48,783 bases of DNA, filler included, from Catajapyx aquilonaris (GCA_000934665.2; 2 parts of 2 records of this genome joined end to end with filler, not necessarily neighbours in it); one strand, 5' to 3'; counted from the first letter of the whole stretch, positions 1 through 12,826 are shown. Notes: a model not told the origin generated them from the sequence alone. Made by a program: numbers and translations.

Positions 1-96
1 TACAAGGTTGGAAATAAAGGGGGACTCCAGACAAGATGGCTGACCGAGTTGGACGTGTTTCACTAGGGGGGCTAAGTAAAAGACCCGAATAAAACA

Positions 97-225
97 GAGA
101 GCGCTTCCATTGTTGCCACTGTTTACAAATCGAGTGAGTGACGCGGACGACCCAGCGACGGGTCTCTCCTGCCTGCGCACTCACTCGCTCGATTTGTAAA
201 CAGTGGCAACAATGGAAGCGCTCTC
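97..225. mobile_element. 129-bp hairpin/MITE with 45-bp terminal inverted repeats
   Basis: 97-141 (GAGAGCGCTTCCATTGTTGCCACTGTTTACAAATCGAGTGAGTGA) is the reverse complement of 181-225 with one mismatch; both ends are flanked by CA. Superfamily not assigned. Confidence 0.7.
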
Positions 226-1661
226 CATGGGCTGATGTTTGAATTGGCCCGCCGGACGGGGTTGCCAGGTAACGGGCTACAATATAAGCAGCTTAGGCTG
301 AATTTGTCAATAACTAAAACGACAAAAAAAGTTTGATCACCCTGTATAGATAGATGTGCATGAAATTTCTGATAGGTAAATAAATGTGATGGAGTATAAA
401 TAAAATGACGATAAATATTTCTTACTGCGCGTATAATGATTATTTTTATGCGAGTAAAATATTCATAGTAACTATACGAAAGTGTGTAATAATGAACATA
501 GCAAGTTCCTAGTGTAAGAACAACGACAAGAAATAGTGTCTTGCATTTTGTCGCCGGCTTAATTGTCAACACTAGTCCGGGGCTATTAGATTAGCCCGAG
601 TATTTTAGTCTCCCGGAACGTTTAACAACCAGTTCTTTGCCATAACAGCCACTTCGGGAGTTCATTTCATCAGTAAAGTCATTAAAACGGTGCCGCGTGG
701 TACCTCTGCGTAATCAACAGAGTGATGGATATAAGCCGTTTAGGTGTCGCCAGCAGCCAATTGAAAGAGTAATTTGATTTAATGAGCTTAAGCTGTTCTG
801 GTAAAGCGATTCGACATCACTGTAATTTATGGGGACCGGTCTCGTTGTGTTGCACCCGGCGATTATGCACCAACCCTGAATTGGAACCGGCTGTAAAATT
901 TTGAGATCAGGCGGGGTCTGGTTTTAATTTTTAAAATATTGCTTGTTGGCATTTTAATGTTTTGCTGATCATAATTTGGCAGAGGATTGTTGTTGTTAAA
1001 AATCAGACTGAATGTGACCTTTTCATATTGTGACGTATACGTAGGTTTATGGTGTATAGATGGCCACGTGGTCAAGTTTCGCATGCAAGGAACGCGCCAG
1101 ATCTTAACCCCCGTACCCTCTTTTACTGCACCCCCAGAATCCATATGGACATTGATAGATAGCGGTATTAAACGGAAGCAAAAATAGAACAAATCCATTT
1201 CCTTTTCTAAGCTGGTGGTTATCTTTCGAACGGGGAACCGGAAAATATTGCAAGCAGGTTTTTTAGGGGTGGGGGGGGGGGGAGGGAGGGAGACCCCAGC
1301 AATTTATTTTCTGCCGCTGAACGTTTGCACGCTTAACCCACGCATATTAATTCAGGAACAATTTTTCCCATTCCTGCCGACAGCGCTCGCTCGGGGAGAA
1401 GCAAAGCGATGCCATCCCTGTAATCACAAACTCCTGGAATTTGTAATTCCGCCGAGCCAGATCGGAGAAGTCGCGTGCAAAATTTGCATTTCCCCAAAAA
1501 TAAATGGGCAACAATTCGGGACACGTGCCGTTGTACCTTCTTGGTCTTATCTTTGAATTTTAGTGAAATTCATTACTCTCTACCCTTGCTTGCATCTTAC
1601 ATGTTGGTTATAGTCACCAAAAATTGGTGAAAAATAGGTGTTCTGCAAATTACTACTTGCA

Positions 1662-1805
1662 AGCAGTCTTACAAGCATTCTTGCTAGTGTTCTTGGTAGC
1701 ATTCTTGCTAGTGTTCTTGGTATAATTCTTGCTAGTGTTCTTGGTAGCATTCTTGCTAGTGTTCTTGGTAGCATTCTTGCTAGTGCTCTTAGTAGCAATC
1801 TTACA
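1662..1805. repeat. Minisatellite of 12 x 12-bp units arranged as a 24-bp dimer (AGCATTCTTGCT-AGTGTTCTTGGT)
   Basis: Alternating A/B 12-mers read directly; the first and last units are near-identical (AGCAGTCTTACA / AGCAATCTTACA). Confidence 0.95.
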
Positions 1806-4800
1806 AACAGATTAGTTGTTCCACTAAGAATCAAGCCACAAGACGAATAATTTTACACACTGAATGCATATTTTAATGCATTGTAAATTACATAAAATTA
1901 GGCTATATTTTCTAGTCATAAATACCCTAATTTCGGAATTAAATTAGCAAATGCAGTTGGTCTTTTCTTGGCAAGGAACTCTCCTTCCTCCCTAGACAGA
2001 ATGCGGCTAGACTGCTCGGCGCTACCAAACGACTTTTGCCAGTCTGACGTCTGCAGGGACGGAATCTAGACGCCCCTGGACGCCCCAGACGCCGCCGACG
2101 CTGGTTGGCCAACCTATCCGATTTTACCCCCCCNCCCCCCCCCCCCCCTACCTTTACCGTATGCTGCGACACAGTTCAATAGATGGCTCCGTGATTATTG
2201 CTCCTTCCGGGGCTTCACACTCCGGCGGGGGATATCGTGGGGTAATCATGATACCCCAAATGGTTTGCACACACGAAGCTTTTGCTTAATGTCTCTGTTG
2301 AGAACTGCCCGAGAAGACACGGCTGTACCGGTAGGATGGCACCAGACACGCACGTCGTCTAATGCATGGGAGAAACTAAGGTCATATTTCCGAATGGTCC
2401 ACAAGTTGACTCCATCATGGGTGTCTCAGGAGCACGGTAAATTAAATAAATAAATACATACATCATCATAAGTCAAATGTTGATAAGCCTATAACCTGCT
2501 CAGGGCTAATCCACACATCGCTAAAATATAATATTCATGTGTTTTAAAATAAATGGTCTCCCTTGCCAGAGGCGCATGATGCCATTTTAATTGTGACCGG
2601 AGAAGAGTAAACAAAAGTTCGGCCAGGCTGGCAGTGTAATCACAATGAAGCACTTGAAACTCTGCCTTAGCGTGTACGCCATGGAGATTATGGGTTACTT
2701 ATGGTCTCCGCTGCTCTAATTTATTTAGGCCGCAACTTTCCCGTGGTGGCGTAATAAATACACCCTTTGATCGATGTTTTTGCCTATAATCTACCTAGGA
2801 ACGCCGGAGAAAGGGCTCATCTTCATCATCCTTTTGTGTAGCTAATCCACTGCATTACTACCACTTTAGTAGTGCGTAACTATTTTATTAAGTTTGCATA
2901 TTGTAACGCTAGACTTAAATATAGGCTTGGCCTACTGCATGGCATGTTATTATAATAACCATTTACGTAAATGTGCCTGACTTAAAATCGTGAGAACCTA
3001 TATTGGTCACTCTGTGTGGTAAGCTTATTGGACTAATTATGGTGTTTAACAAACATCAGTCAGTAAATTGGGAGCACCTGCATATTAATAACGAGCTAGA
3101 AATGCAAATAGCAAATATTGGTCAATTCCAAAAGGCAAAAATGTGCGGGTCAAGGTTGCAAAATTTAACATACAGTAGGCCTAAAGGTACAGTACTCAAA
3201 GGGTCAGTGTGCCAAATATATACCGGATTACAGTACGACTCTCGAATATTAACTAGGCTGGTAATAGGATTGTGGAGAGGTTATCTACTGTATAATGCAC
3301 ATACTGAGCATGATGGGACCAACGCAACATAATACTGTATAATGAAGCAGGCACTGTATGAAGCACGACTTTTTATGCAAATGGCGGAATATGTAGCCAT
3401 ATGTGTGCAATGAAGCGTCTGTCTCTTGTTATGATAAAAAATGTGTTAAAAATATATGCGCAATGTACATTATTTTTATGCAAATTGAAAGTGTCAAAAT
3501 TACAGCAGAAGCATCTCCTACAAAATAATTACCCAGCAAACATGTTGACCACCCCGTAAATGTTTCTTTTACGGCCCTTCCCCCCTGAATGTGAACCAGA
3601 CATGAAAAGCCCAAAAAAGAGAGTCAGGCACTCCAATGCGCCTTGTTGCGTGCCTTAGCTGGCCATCAAGGCAGCTTTAATTGGGACCTAATGGGAAGGA
3701 AGGGGCACAATTCTCTAGAGCGAGAAGGATGCTTGTCGCTGATAATTGTTTACTGCTTTTCCTTCACAGGTCAATCCGTCTCCAGGTCGCAAAGGAACAT
3801 TGTTGCCAGCTGTGGTTAGACCCCCCCATAGGAGTTGGCCGCATTTCTCTGACGTATCACAGATCCTTATTCGGCTTGCAAGGAGCGATCAATGTCATAC
3901 CAGGGGTACATTAACGCCTGATGGATTTACGGCCACATTAACAAAGATGGGCAAGGACAAGGACGAGAGATGTCGCTCCAAATTCCGTCGTCGTAATGAC
4001 AGGAATGGATTCGCAATAACTTGATTCCTCTTTCCTAATTGGAATTATGGAAAGGGAGCTTCAGGGGTTTCTTTTTTTGCCTGACAAGTCTCCACAAAGC
4101 TTCCTCTTTGAACTAGGAGGCATTAGCACGCTGTTCTGTAAGAGAAGGCTTTGATGTTACAGCACACTTGATATTGCGAATTTGCACCACTTGGCTACCC
4201 GATACAATCCATGCAATTGATTCAGCTCCGGGAATATCGGGCTATCTTTAATTGCGGCGAGTGTGAATTAATTACATGGTGTTACGTTGCTCAATTTAAC
4301 AGCTTACAGTATAAGCGCATTAGAACCGCGAGGCGGTGTGGAGCTGGGAGAGTAGAGGGATGGAGAATAGAGAAGAGGCATGTTTGTAATAGTGGTCAAC
4401 AATATCAATTAACTTATATTAGGTTGTGTCCAAGTCGGTTTGAACATTGCAAGAACTGTCGTTGTCATCATCATCGTCGTCGCCTAATACGAGAGACGGA
4501 CAAAGTGTTGACACTAGAGAGTGTGGCTAATGCGGAGGTGCTGTAGTGTGGGATTGGAGCCTAACTAGGTGGACCAGCTAAATTTAGAAGCCTGCTCGTT
4601 ATCTGTAGGTCCAATATCGGAACAACAGTGTGACTCACTCCAGGGCTCGTTCCCTCGGACCTTCAATACAATCAGTGCTCCGATAACAAAACCCCCAAAC
4701 TGACCTCAGGATATGACGATACTCTGATTCAATTATCCCTAGACTCCCCTAGGGTGGGAAGGAAGAAATCCTGAGGGCTTTCATGTGGATCCGCAAACAT

Positions 4801-7800
4801 CATCCTTCTGTAGAACAAATTGAGGAGGTGGGATACTCCATGGGCAGAACAGGAAGTGGCAAATTACCCTCCTGCTGCCACCACATGAAGAATGAAAGAA
4901 TCCCCGGAGCACACGATTAAAAGTCCAGAAACGCGCGGCCTCATTAGAACTCAATGCCACGTTTGTGTTCTGCCCTCTACTTAATCATTTGCTTCGTTTC
5001 ATCATGGCCAAAGTGCAATAAAATAGAAGGCGGAAGTGCGAAACACAACCTTAATATCTTTTTCCTGCAGCTGAGGGATGTCCCAGTACGTGCGAAGTAA
5101 TAACTGAGTTGTACTATATACAGGGTGTGAGGAAAAATTCACTAATTGCAATTAGTCGCAAAATCTATTTAGTTAAACATGCGTGGAGTGAGACATTTCT
5201 GTATTTTGTGTAACCCCTGTCGGTATAGGATAAACAATAGAACTCAACCTTGTTAGACTCAGTAATTAATTACAAGCAGCTCAAATTAGTTAACGTACTA
5301 AGGAGGCAGTTGGAAGAGTAACTACTCGTACATTGCAACTCGGCTGATGCGAACTAGTGCAGCTAACTGCCTGACGTGGGATCAGCAATTACTTCCGTTA
5401 ACTGTACGTAAATAGCATGCAGGGTAGCAACCGCCCCATTAGTATAGCAGCTAGTTCTACAGTGAGAGTTGTTTACAGGACTTGGTATATCCTCCAAGAC
5501 AGAGCAAGTGTGCTGTGTGCTATATGGCCCCATCAAGCTTTTTTGAAGAGCCTCGATAAGCATCGTCACTTTAAGTCATTAGGTTTGATTACACTATGTA
5601 CATCCGTATGTCCGTGGGTGGTACTGGTATTATTCTTTTATTATAATATTATAAATACACTTACCCAAGCAGATGGTCCATCCCAAGTGTTGGGAATTGC
5701 ATCTGACTGACCCAGGGGCATCAAACCCACGCTCCAAGAACAACATAGGGTGCACAGGACCGCCTAAGGGACTATACATCTGGAAGAAATAATTTTGTAC
5801 ATTAATAGAAAGACAATTAGCTAAAATTGCAATTATTAATAGTTTCCAATTTGCGACCCATTTAAACAGTGTTCAGCCTATTCTATAAGCCACATGGCAT
5901 CCATATTGTAATGACATAACATCATAAATTGGGTTTGAGGTCAGAATCACTTCCACAACCGTCGGTATCAATGTTTCATAGCTATACCATTGCTATCAAC
6001 ATGTCAACTGCTTACCTGTCATGCGGTCATCGAAACACACTGATTGAGCCGGAAGGCATGTATCACGCAAGAGGTCAGCAAACTTCAATAAATTCAGCCT
6101 TTTCAATTTATACCCTGCCCACAACATTATAATGTGTGTACACTGATTACGAAAGTGCAACAAAAATTTTATTGAAAAAACCCACTACTTGCATCCAGTG
6201 CACTTATAGGCTTACTTTAATACCATTTACTGTTCCCCTCAAAAAGGCCACTACATGACACACGCGGATGATAAACTCGTTACTCCGGGGCTGCTGTAAA
6301 TGAGTTCTTCAATAGCCCTATTATATCATCACGATCCTACAGTTTACCATATTTTTTTTTATTATTCCACCAAAACTGCGCCTAAGCGATTAAACACGAC
6401 ACCGGTATTGAAACTACAACACACACAGCACTGATGGTATACAGTATAACAATATTATTCACAGCCTCGCTACAGCAGTTCTGTAATGCGTTTCCAGATA
6501 ACTAACCAAATTCAGCCCCCAAGCCTTTAAAAACAACATGTCCTTATGAAAATGCTTCAGTCTGCAAACTTTCATATTCACTTCATTCCTTACTTCTCAT
6601 TTTATTCCGACAACATAAAGGAAGAATCCTTTTATCTAAGCAAGGAAACCCTTTTGTGAACCCCTTCATAAAGCTGCAAAGAGCGCCTTAGTTCTTGTGC
6701 CAAAAAAGGGTGGGTCCTTGAAGGAAACTGGTGCCCAAGGGGGTATATTGCAGGCGACGCCATTAGGCTCGGGTGATATTTCGATATAGCCAATACTGGC
6801 CCGATTTTTTGAAATATCGATATGTACAGTATTGCCTGTGTCTGTAGATGTTTAATTTCAATTACGTTACAGAAAAAAAAATTATCGGTGCAGTTCTCCC
6901 CTTAAAACCCAGAGGGCGTTCCAATATAGCAGGGTGAATATTATGGACCAATCTCTTACGCAAATGCCTGAGGGTTAACGGCTGCTAATTGCTGGTTACA
7001 AACAAGTGCCTACATCGCAATGGGTCATCTCTATGGGAGAAGTTCGCCAGGCAAAGTGTTCACTGTCGCCAAACTTTCTCGGCAGCGGAAAGAAAAATGG
7101 CGATTTAAGGGGCCAAGTGGGGTAGTTTCTATTCCGAGGGAAACTCCAGCAAGATCCGAAATGGAGCCAACTTTGCTGACAAATTTGGAAAGCTAGCGCA
7201 ATCACAAGGTGACCAAAAAAAAAACTAGTGCAAATCCGTGCCTCCATACCGTAGAAGTCGGATCCTCCCAACGGTTTATGACAAACCGTCCTCTGTCCTC
7301 ATAACATTTATAGGTCCTCCACATGAAGTTCTTTGGGACATTCCAGACCCCCTTCTTCATCCGAAACTGCAGCGTCCCTCGTAATTTACACTAGGGGTCA
7401 AGAGTCTTACTCCGAGTGTATATAGAGGGGAGTCCATGCAATGTCCTATCACTCCCTCCCGTCTCTTTTTCTCTCTCTCAAAGTGATTTCTGACGCTTAG
7501 TTCCGTCTGGAGCATAAATCACCTGAGCTATATACTCGAGAAGGCGGGAAAACGAGACAAAGGAAAATACAAGAGGGGAGAAGCCACGTGGCATTCTTTC
7601 CCCTTCATTCATCATTAATACCGTAATGCACCATACGGTTGCGTAAAAAAAAGGCAAATCTGTCTACATTATCCTCAAAAACCTAATGTTACTTATATAT
7701 CTTTAAAAAAAACTGAGGGTTTTGTGATAAGAAAATGGAGGATGCGTTGTCTCATCGGGAAGATGTCAGCTCCGCGACAGGGGCTAATCTGGACGTCCCG

Positions 7801-8959
7801 GTAATTCCAATCTCGCTTTGTCAGTGGCCCATCGGGGAGTGAAAAAGACGGAATCTGTGCGGCCCAGGGGCCAGGAGGGGGCGGTAATAGGCCGGGAGCC
7901 CACACATACCCTGCCAGATGATGAATCTGCCTTTCGGGGAAGTTTGCGACGAAGGCTTAAGGACCATCAAAACAAGGGTTGAAGCGGGTCAATGTTCATC
8001 ATCACGTTATGGAATGGGCCAATAGGAAGAAGTAATTCGAACAAACCAAAATCGGAAACATTTGATTGAAACCACAGAATGGTGCAGTAAGTGATCAAAA
8101 TGTATGGGTGCAGGGAGTGACTTAACCTGTAATTGAGGTTCTGTTTTAATTATCCTAATGGAAGAAGTGTTCCTTCCAAAAACAAAAGCATCCTAGTTGT
8201 AAGTCAGGAGGCAACTCCTTAGTTCCCTCCCTTGCAGATGGCGCCATAATGTATTCGGTAACTCTTATCAAGCCTTTAATTAATTTTTCTTCCTGTCATT
8301 TTCTTAATGGCGCCATTGTGACTTGAAAGGGTTGCTGGAGCGTGAAAGGGCAATAATGATCTTAACGCTACATAGTTTGGGATCCTTTTACAAAAGCAGT
8401 AAACTCATTTGGCTAGCCATATTTCTTCACCATTTGTCTATGGGCATACCCGGGTCAGGATAGGCCTACCGATGACACTTGAGCTTTCCAGATAGGCCAA
8501 GTAGCCAGTTAATGCCTTGTAAAGATGACTTCCGGAACCTGCTCTGTTTGCTTTTCCCCGTCTTTAAAAAAAGCGCAATGGCCCGACGTAATAACTAATT
8601 ATGGGTAATGAGGAAACCATCTCAGAACGGACTAAATGGCGTGTGCTCCGTCGAAGCCAAATATTTGCATTTCCAGGGGGCTTACATATTATCCTCAAGA
8701 CAAACCCTTAATTCATTGACATTAGCCGTGACCGTGCAACTCCAACACGCAGCTTCCAATTTCGCGTCGCTTTTAAAGGGCCACTCTTGGAAATGGCGGA
8801 CGTGCATTGCATTTTGTAGCCACCCTCCTCCAGCCAATCATCTCCTGTATATAGGAGGGCCGTTACAAATGAGAACAGATACACAGGGTGCCTCGGAATT
8901 AATAGGAACGATGGGCACCTCTCAGGTAGTTCAATTCCCGGATCGGGTATGCTCGGACT

Positions 8960-9082
8960 GTGCCGCCCTCTACGGTGAGCCACATAGTGCTGCCCTCTAC
9001 CTGCGGGCCACACAGTGCTGTCCTCTACCTGCGGGCCACACAGTGCTGCCCTCTACCTGTGAGCCACACAGTGCTGCCACCT
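8960..9082. repeat. 28-bp minisatellite, about 4.4 copies (GTGCTGCCCTCTACCTGCGGGCCACACA)
   Basis: Units start at 8960, 8987, 9015, 9043 and 9071; head-to-tail with no spacers. Confidence 0.95.
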
Positions 9083-10932
9083 TCTCCCATATCCGATTGC
9101 TGTCCGCAGCATCGGTTTTTCAGCCAGATTTCAAAGAATCGGGTAAACTGTCCGTTTGTGCGCAGCACAGGATTGAAAATCGGTGAATTGGCGACCGCTG
9201 GTATTGGGAAATACCCCCCTTTGATTGTTTGCAGTGTTGCGGCGGTGAGCCTCACAATTTCTGAATGACAGATCGATGGAGGCAGCCAATCTGTGTGATC
9301 CCCGATGCAAAGCTTGTCAAAAAGCGATGCTTCCGATTTGCGATAAGGCTAAATATCAGTCCTGCTGGATGTAAATTCCGTTATTCTAGAGGTCGGCCAT
9401 TTGTTTCCAAAACGCAGCTGGCCATCCGGCTCCGATTCCATTTACCAGCAACTCCTTTCATCGAGTGCAGCTGGGGAAGAAAGTGCATTTCTGCTAGAAT
9501 GCCTAATGATTCCTCTGAGCCCCTTATATATTGCATATCGCAATATACGACGGAAAAAAGATTTGGGAGGAGACTCTTGGGGCCACCTTGTTGTAACACC
9601 CGCGGTTTTCTATAGCCTCTTTTCCCAGGCAGATTGGATAATGAAAACCGTGGAAAACTTCCCGCACAGCCCATTACTCACCACTTTTCACCATAAAAGT
9701 GCAGCCCTGGAGGGGGGAGGGACTCCAGTTCCAATTATTTGGCCTTGTTTCATGCCCGACTTTGAACAAAATTAACACCCGTAATTTATGTAACTTTTAG
9801 TACCGTAGTTTTTAGAATTGCCCCATTCTGAAGATCTCCTGGAAGTCCGTGAGCCGAGTACTAATTATACTATCTGTAACAAGTTTGGTGCTGTTTTAGG
9901 CACCCTTTTTGGGTCGGGATTGGTGGGTATAAAAAGAGTTATCTGGATGTGAAGCACAAGAGTGTATACCCTACCTGTAAAAAAAATGTCTCGAAACTTC
10001 TTGGAGGGTGCGTGGTCCCTACCTGAAAGTCACGTCAGGCCTTAATTCGGAAGCTATCCTTCGTCAATCTCTCCCTCTGTACCTTCCCAGAAGCTCTCCT
10101 CTGCTTCCTAATCCCCTTTAAGCGAGGCCTTGTTTGGACTGCCTGACCACTGGCATCCAATCAAAGCTGAGTCGTTATGAGGGAACCCTCCAAGTGGTCA
10201 CCCACATCCAAAGAAGGTGACGGCCTCCAAGGCTGGAAGTTAAAACAGATACACCTCGAGTAAATTTACACTTTCGTTAGTCTAAATAGGATTTAACATT
10301 GAAACGATTGTTCTAGTCAGCTAATAAGCAATTGTACTAATTTTATCATTAAAAATTTGAAATATTTCTACATACTTATCATAAATGCTATTTGTGGCCA
10401 AATTTTCAAAAATTAAGAATATCATAGTGTATAAGGTGTTCCTTCAATGTTGTGTTACCAATACTGTAGTGAGGGGCATCTTGCCTGTTTGTGCCGACCT
10501 CACTGGTCCCCAAACTTGCAAAACAAAAAGTGACAAGTTGCGAAAAAGGATCTCGTGGCATCAGGTCTCCCTCCTTCCAAAAGAACAACTCAAAGAGAGC
10601 AGCAATATTCTTAGCAGTGATTCTTTCATTTCAGACACGCCTTGAAGCTGGGAGTTCCCATCAGCCTGCACTCCCTGCAGTCCGGCGACAGGACGTGGCC
10701 TGAATGGCATTCGGACAAGTCCCCGGATCAGAGGGATGGGGAGGGCAAAAGCCCCGAGTGTCCTCTCTCCGCCCTTTGCTGTCTCATGCTACCAAACTCT
10801 ACTGCCACACGAACCTGACTGGACAAGAAAACGCAGAGCGAAAGGCACACTCTGGGCCTTGATTTCCCTCGATGCGTATATACTTCTGTACAGGAATCCT
10901 TTTCATGGCGTCGCGGGAGTGGAAGGGGGTGT

Positions 10933-11000
10933 CTAACGGTCCTAACGGTCATAACGGTCATCTTTAAAAAATGGCGCGAAAATATTGGCGGGAGTTTCAA
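10933..11000. promoter_or_regulatory. Cluster of Myb-type and E2F-type motifs (cell-cycle/dREAM-like promoter signature)
   Basis: TAACGG x3 at 10934, 10943 and 10952 (9-bp period); TGGCGCGAAA at 10972-10981 (reverse complement TTTCGCGCCA, E2F consensus TTTSSCGC); TTGGCGGGAG at 10985-10994 followed by TTTCAA. Function is inferred. Confidence 0.45.
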
Positions 11001-12530
11001 GTAGTGGCAAGGTTTGACGCTGTCACACGAAGACCATTAATTGACTCCAGCCGCACACTCTGGGGACAGAAGATGGCAATTACAGGGATTAGATGGCAGT
11101 TATAATGGGCCCAATCCATTACTCCTGCCAATTTCGGGCTTCTCAGCATGATGTAATAGGGTGTCCGATCCCTACCCCTGATGAATTATAGGTGTCATCC
11201 CTTCCTATTCGCTAATTAATTTGATTTGTTGCCGCTTTTTTGACGCATTCAATTTTTGATGCCTAGGGGCCATGTTGGGAGGCCAGCCATTACCGATGAC
11301 ATTACACCCCGGGAGTAAACTGGGATTTGAAAATCTGTCTCCAACTAGTGGGGGAAGTGGAGGAAAGTTGTTCTTTTAAAATAGATTTTAAGCCGTTTTA
11401 AATTGTACTGTACCTGCGGCGTGTTGCAACACGATCATGACGTTTATCAAGGTACAGACTACGGATACGGCCTATTACTCTAAAGGAAATTAATGCAATA
11501 TCCGTCGTTTCATTGTGTCGTTATCTCTAGGAAGAGGAATTGCTTACATTGTGAGACAAGTATTCCCTCTTTTGGCACACAATAGAAACGTTTGTACCAT
11601 TCAGTTCCTATACTGTGTACTCGAGCGACTTGTACCGTTTTATGTCAAGTGTACATCGTCTCACACAATAAGTGAAATACACCAAGGCCCATTTTGGAGG
11701 TTTAGAATTACATGTAGCATTTTCTCGTAGCAGTGACTTTCAAAGAATGTTGTAGAAGTATGCCTGGTTTATGAATTAAAAAGCGATTCATTCTTACATA
11801 ACCACCCCGTACAGCAAATGGAATGACTTTGGCCCTTTTCAGCTCAAGTTGTCAATCTCTGTAGGAATTTGTTGGCAGGGTCTTAATTTGCTTTTGATTG
11901 TATCTTTTAATATTGAAATGCGTATCTGTATTGAAGTAAGGCCACATATGACATGATCGTCTTCCCTGGTCAATCTGACAGGTTCTCTATAGACTTGCAT
12001 CAGGTATTCACTAATCTAGACTACCGGTACCGTACGTCACATCACATTAGATTTCTAGGAGATCCTGCCCAAGTGTAAGTAAAAGCCTTCAAATGGTAAT
12101 ATTTTGCTAAACTAATAAAAATCATGACATGTTCAGAGCCAACATCAGCATATTAATGTAACTGTTTTATTGGTACCAGATAAAATATTATTATAATGTA
12201 ACATTACGCAGCAACATCTGCCAGTAAATGTGCAGAGGGGGAGTGTGGGACTCACCAAGTGTAACTCACAAAATGGCGGACACATTAGAACTGCCACAAA
12301 CAAATAGTTCTCTGAAAGTTTACTCCGTGCACCATGGCAGGCAAAATGTTAATACTCGCTAAAAGCCAGCATAAAATTTAAATTATTATTATCCACCAAT
12401 CGTGAAATGCAATAAATTTCATTTCGACATATCCATTTTGGCTGGCGTCTGAGGGAAAATGATTGGACCAATTGTTCGTAGGCTGCATCGATTCATATTC
12501 GCAGCTACACTGTTAACATCTAGATATAAC

Positions 12531-12826
12531 ACCGAAGCAGGTTGGTGTAGTGGATATGGAGTCCGCCTGCTAATCGGGAGGTCCTGGGTTCGAGGTTCGA
12601 ATCCCGGTGCCGGCAACTCTGACCGTGGTTTTCTGTGGTTTCCCACGGTTCCTCCAGGTGAATACCGGAGTTGTTTCCTAGTTAATAGGCCACAGCCGCT
12701 TCCTTCCATCCCTATCCCGTCCCAAAAAGCGAAATAAAGTTTACAAGAGTTCCAGCCAAAAAAAACAAATCTCCCCCCTAAAAAGCCAGAACTGCTTCAA
12801 TGGGGTATGATATTATTATTATTATT
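12531..12826 (+). mobile_element. Full-length tRNA-derived SINE with (TAT)n tail and 15-bp TSD
   Basis: Perfect TSD ACATCTAGATATAAC at 12516-12530 and 12827-12841. A box TGGTGTAGTGG; B box GGTTCGAATCCC, preceded by a duplicated GGTTCGA. Conserved-looking body GGTTTTCTGTGGTTTCCC...CCAGGTGAATACCGG...AGGCCACAGCCGCTTCCTTCC; tail TATTATTATTATTATT. Confidence 0.93.

Noticed and set aside
123..572. 149-aa minus-strand ORF
   Set aside because: AT-rich, no recognisable motif, and it runs through the hairpin element.
1580..1850. Repeat-protein ORFs (SILASVLG / ARMLPRTL)
   Set aside because: A by-product of a stop-free 12-bp minisatellite; no gene structure.
5119..5220. Small mariner-like MITE (TACAGGGTGT...AACCCCTGT)
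   Set aside because: The right end is too degenerate and lacks a TA TSD; not supportable.
8960..9082. 28-bp repeats as a CRISPR array
   Set aside because: Units are contiguous with no unique spacers, there are no cas genes, and the context is eukaryotic.
8608..9775. Cluster of 76-192-aa ORFs
   Set aside because: Overlapping ORFs on both strands through a GC-rich minisatellite and TE-like DNA; no domain recognised.
12531..12615. tRNA gene
   Set aside because: No proper acceptor or anticodon stem pairing; it continues into a SINE body and tail and is flanked by TSDs.
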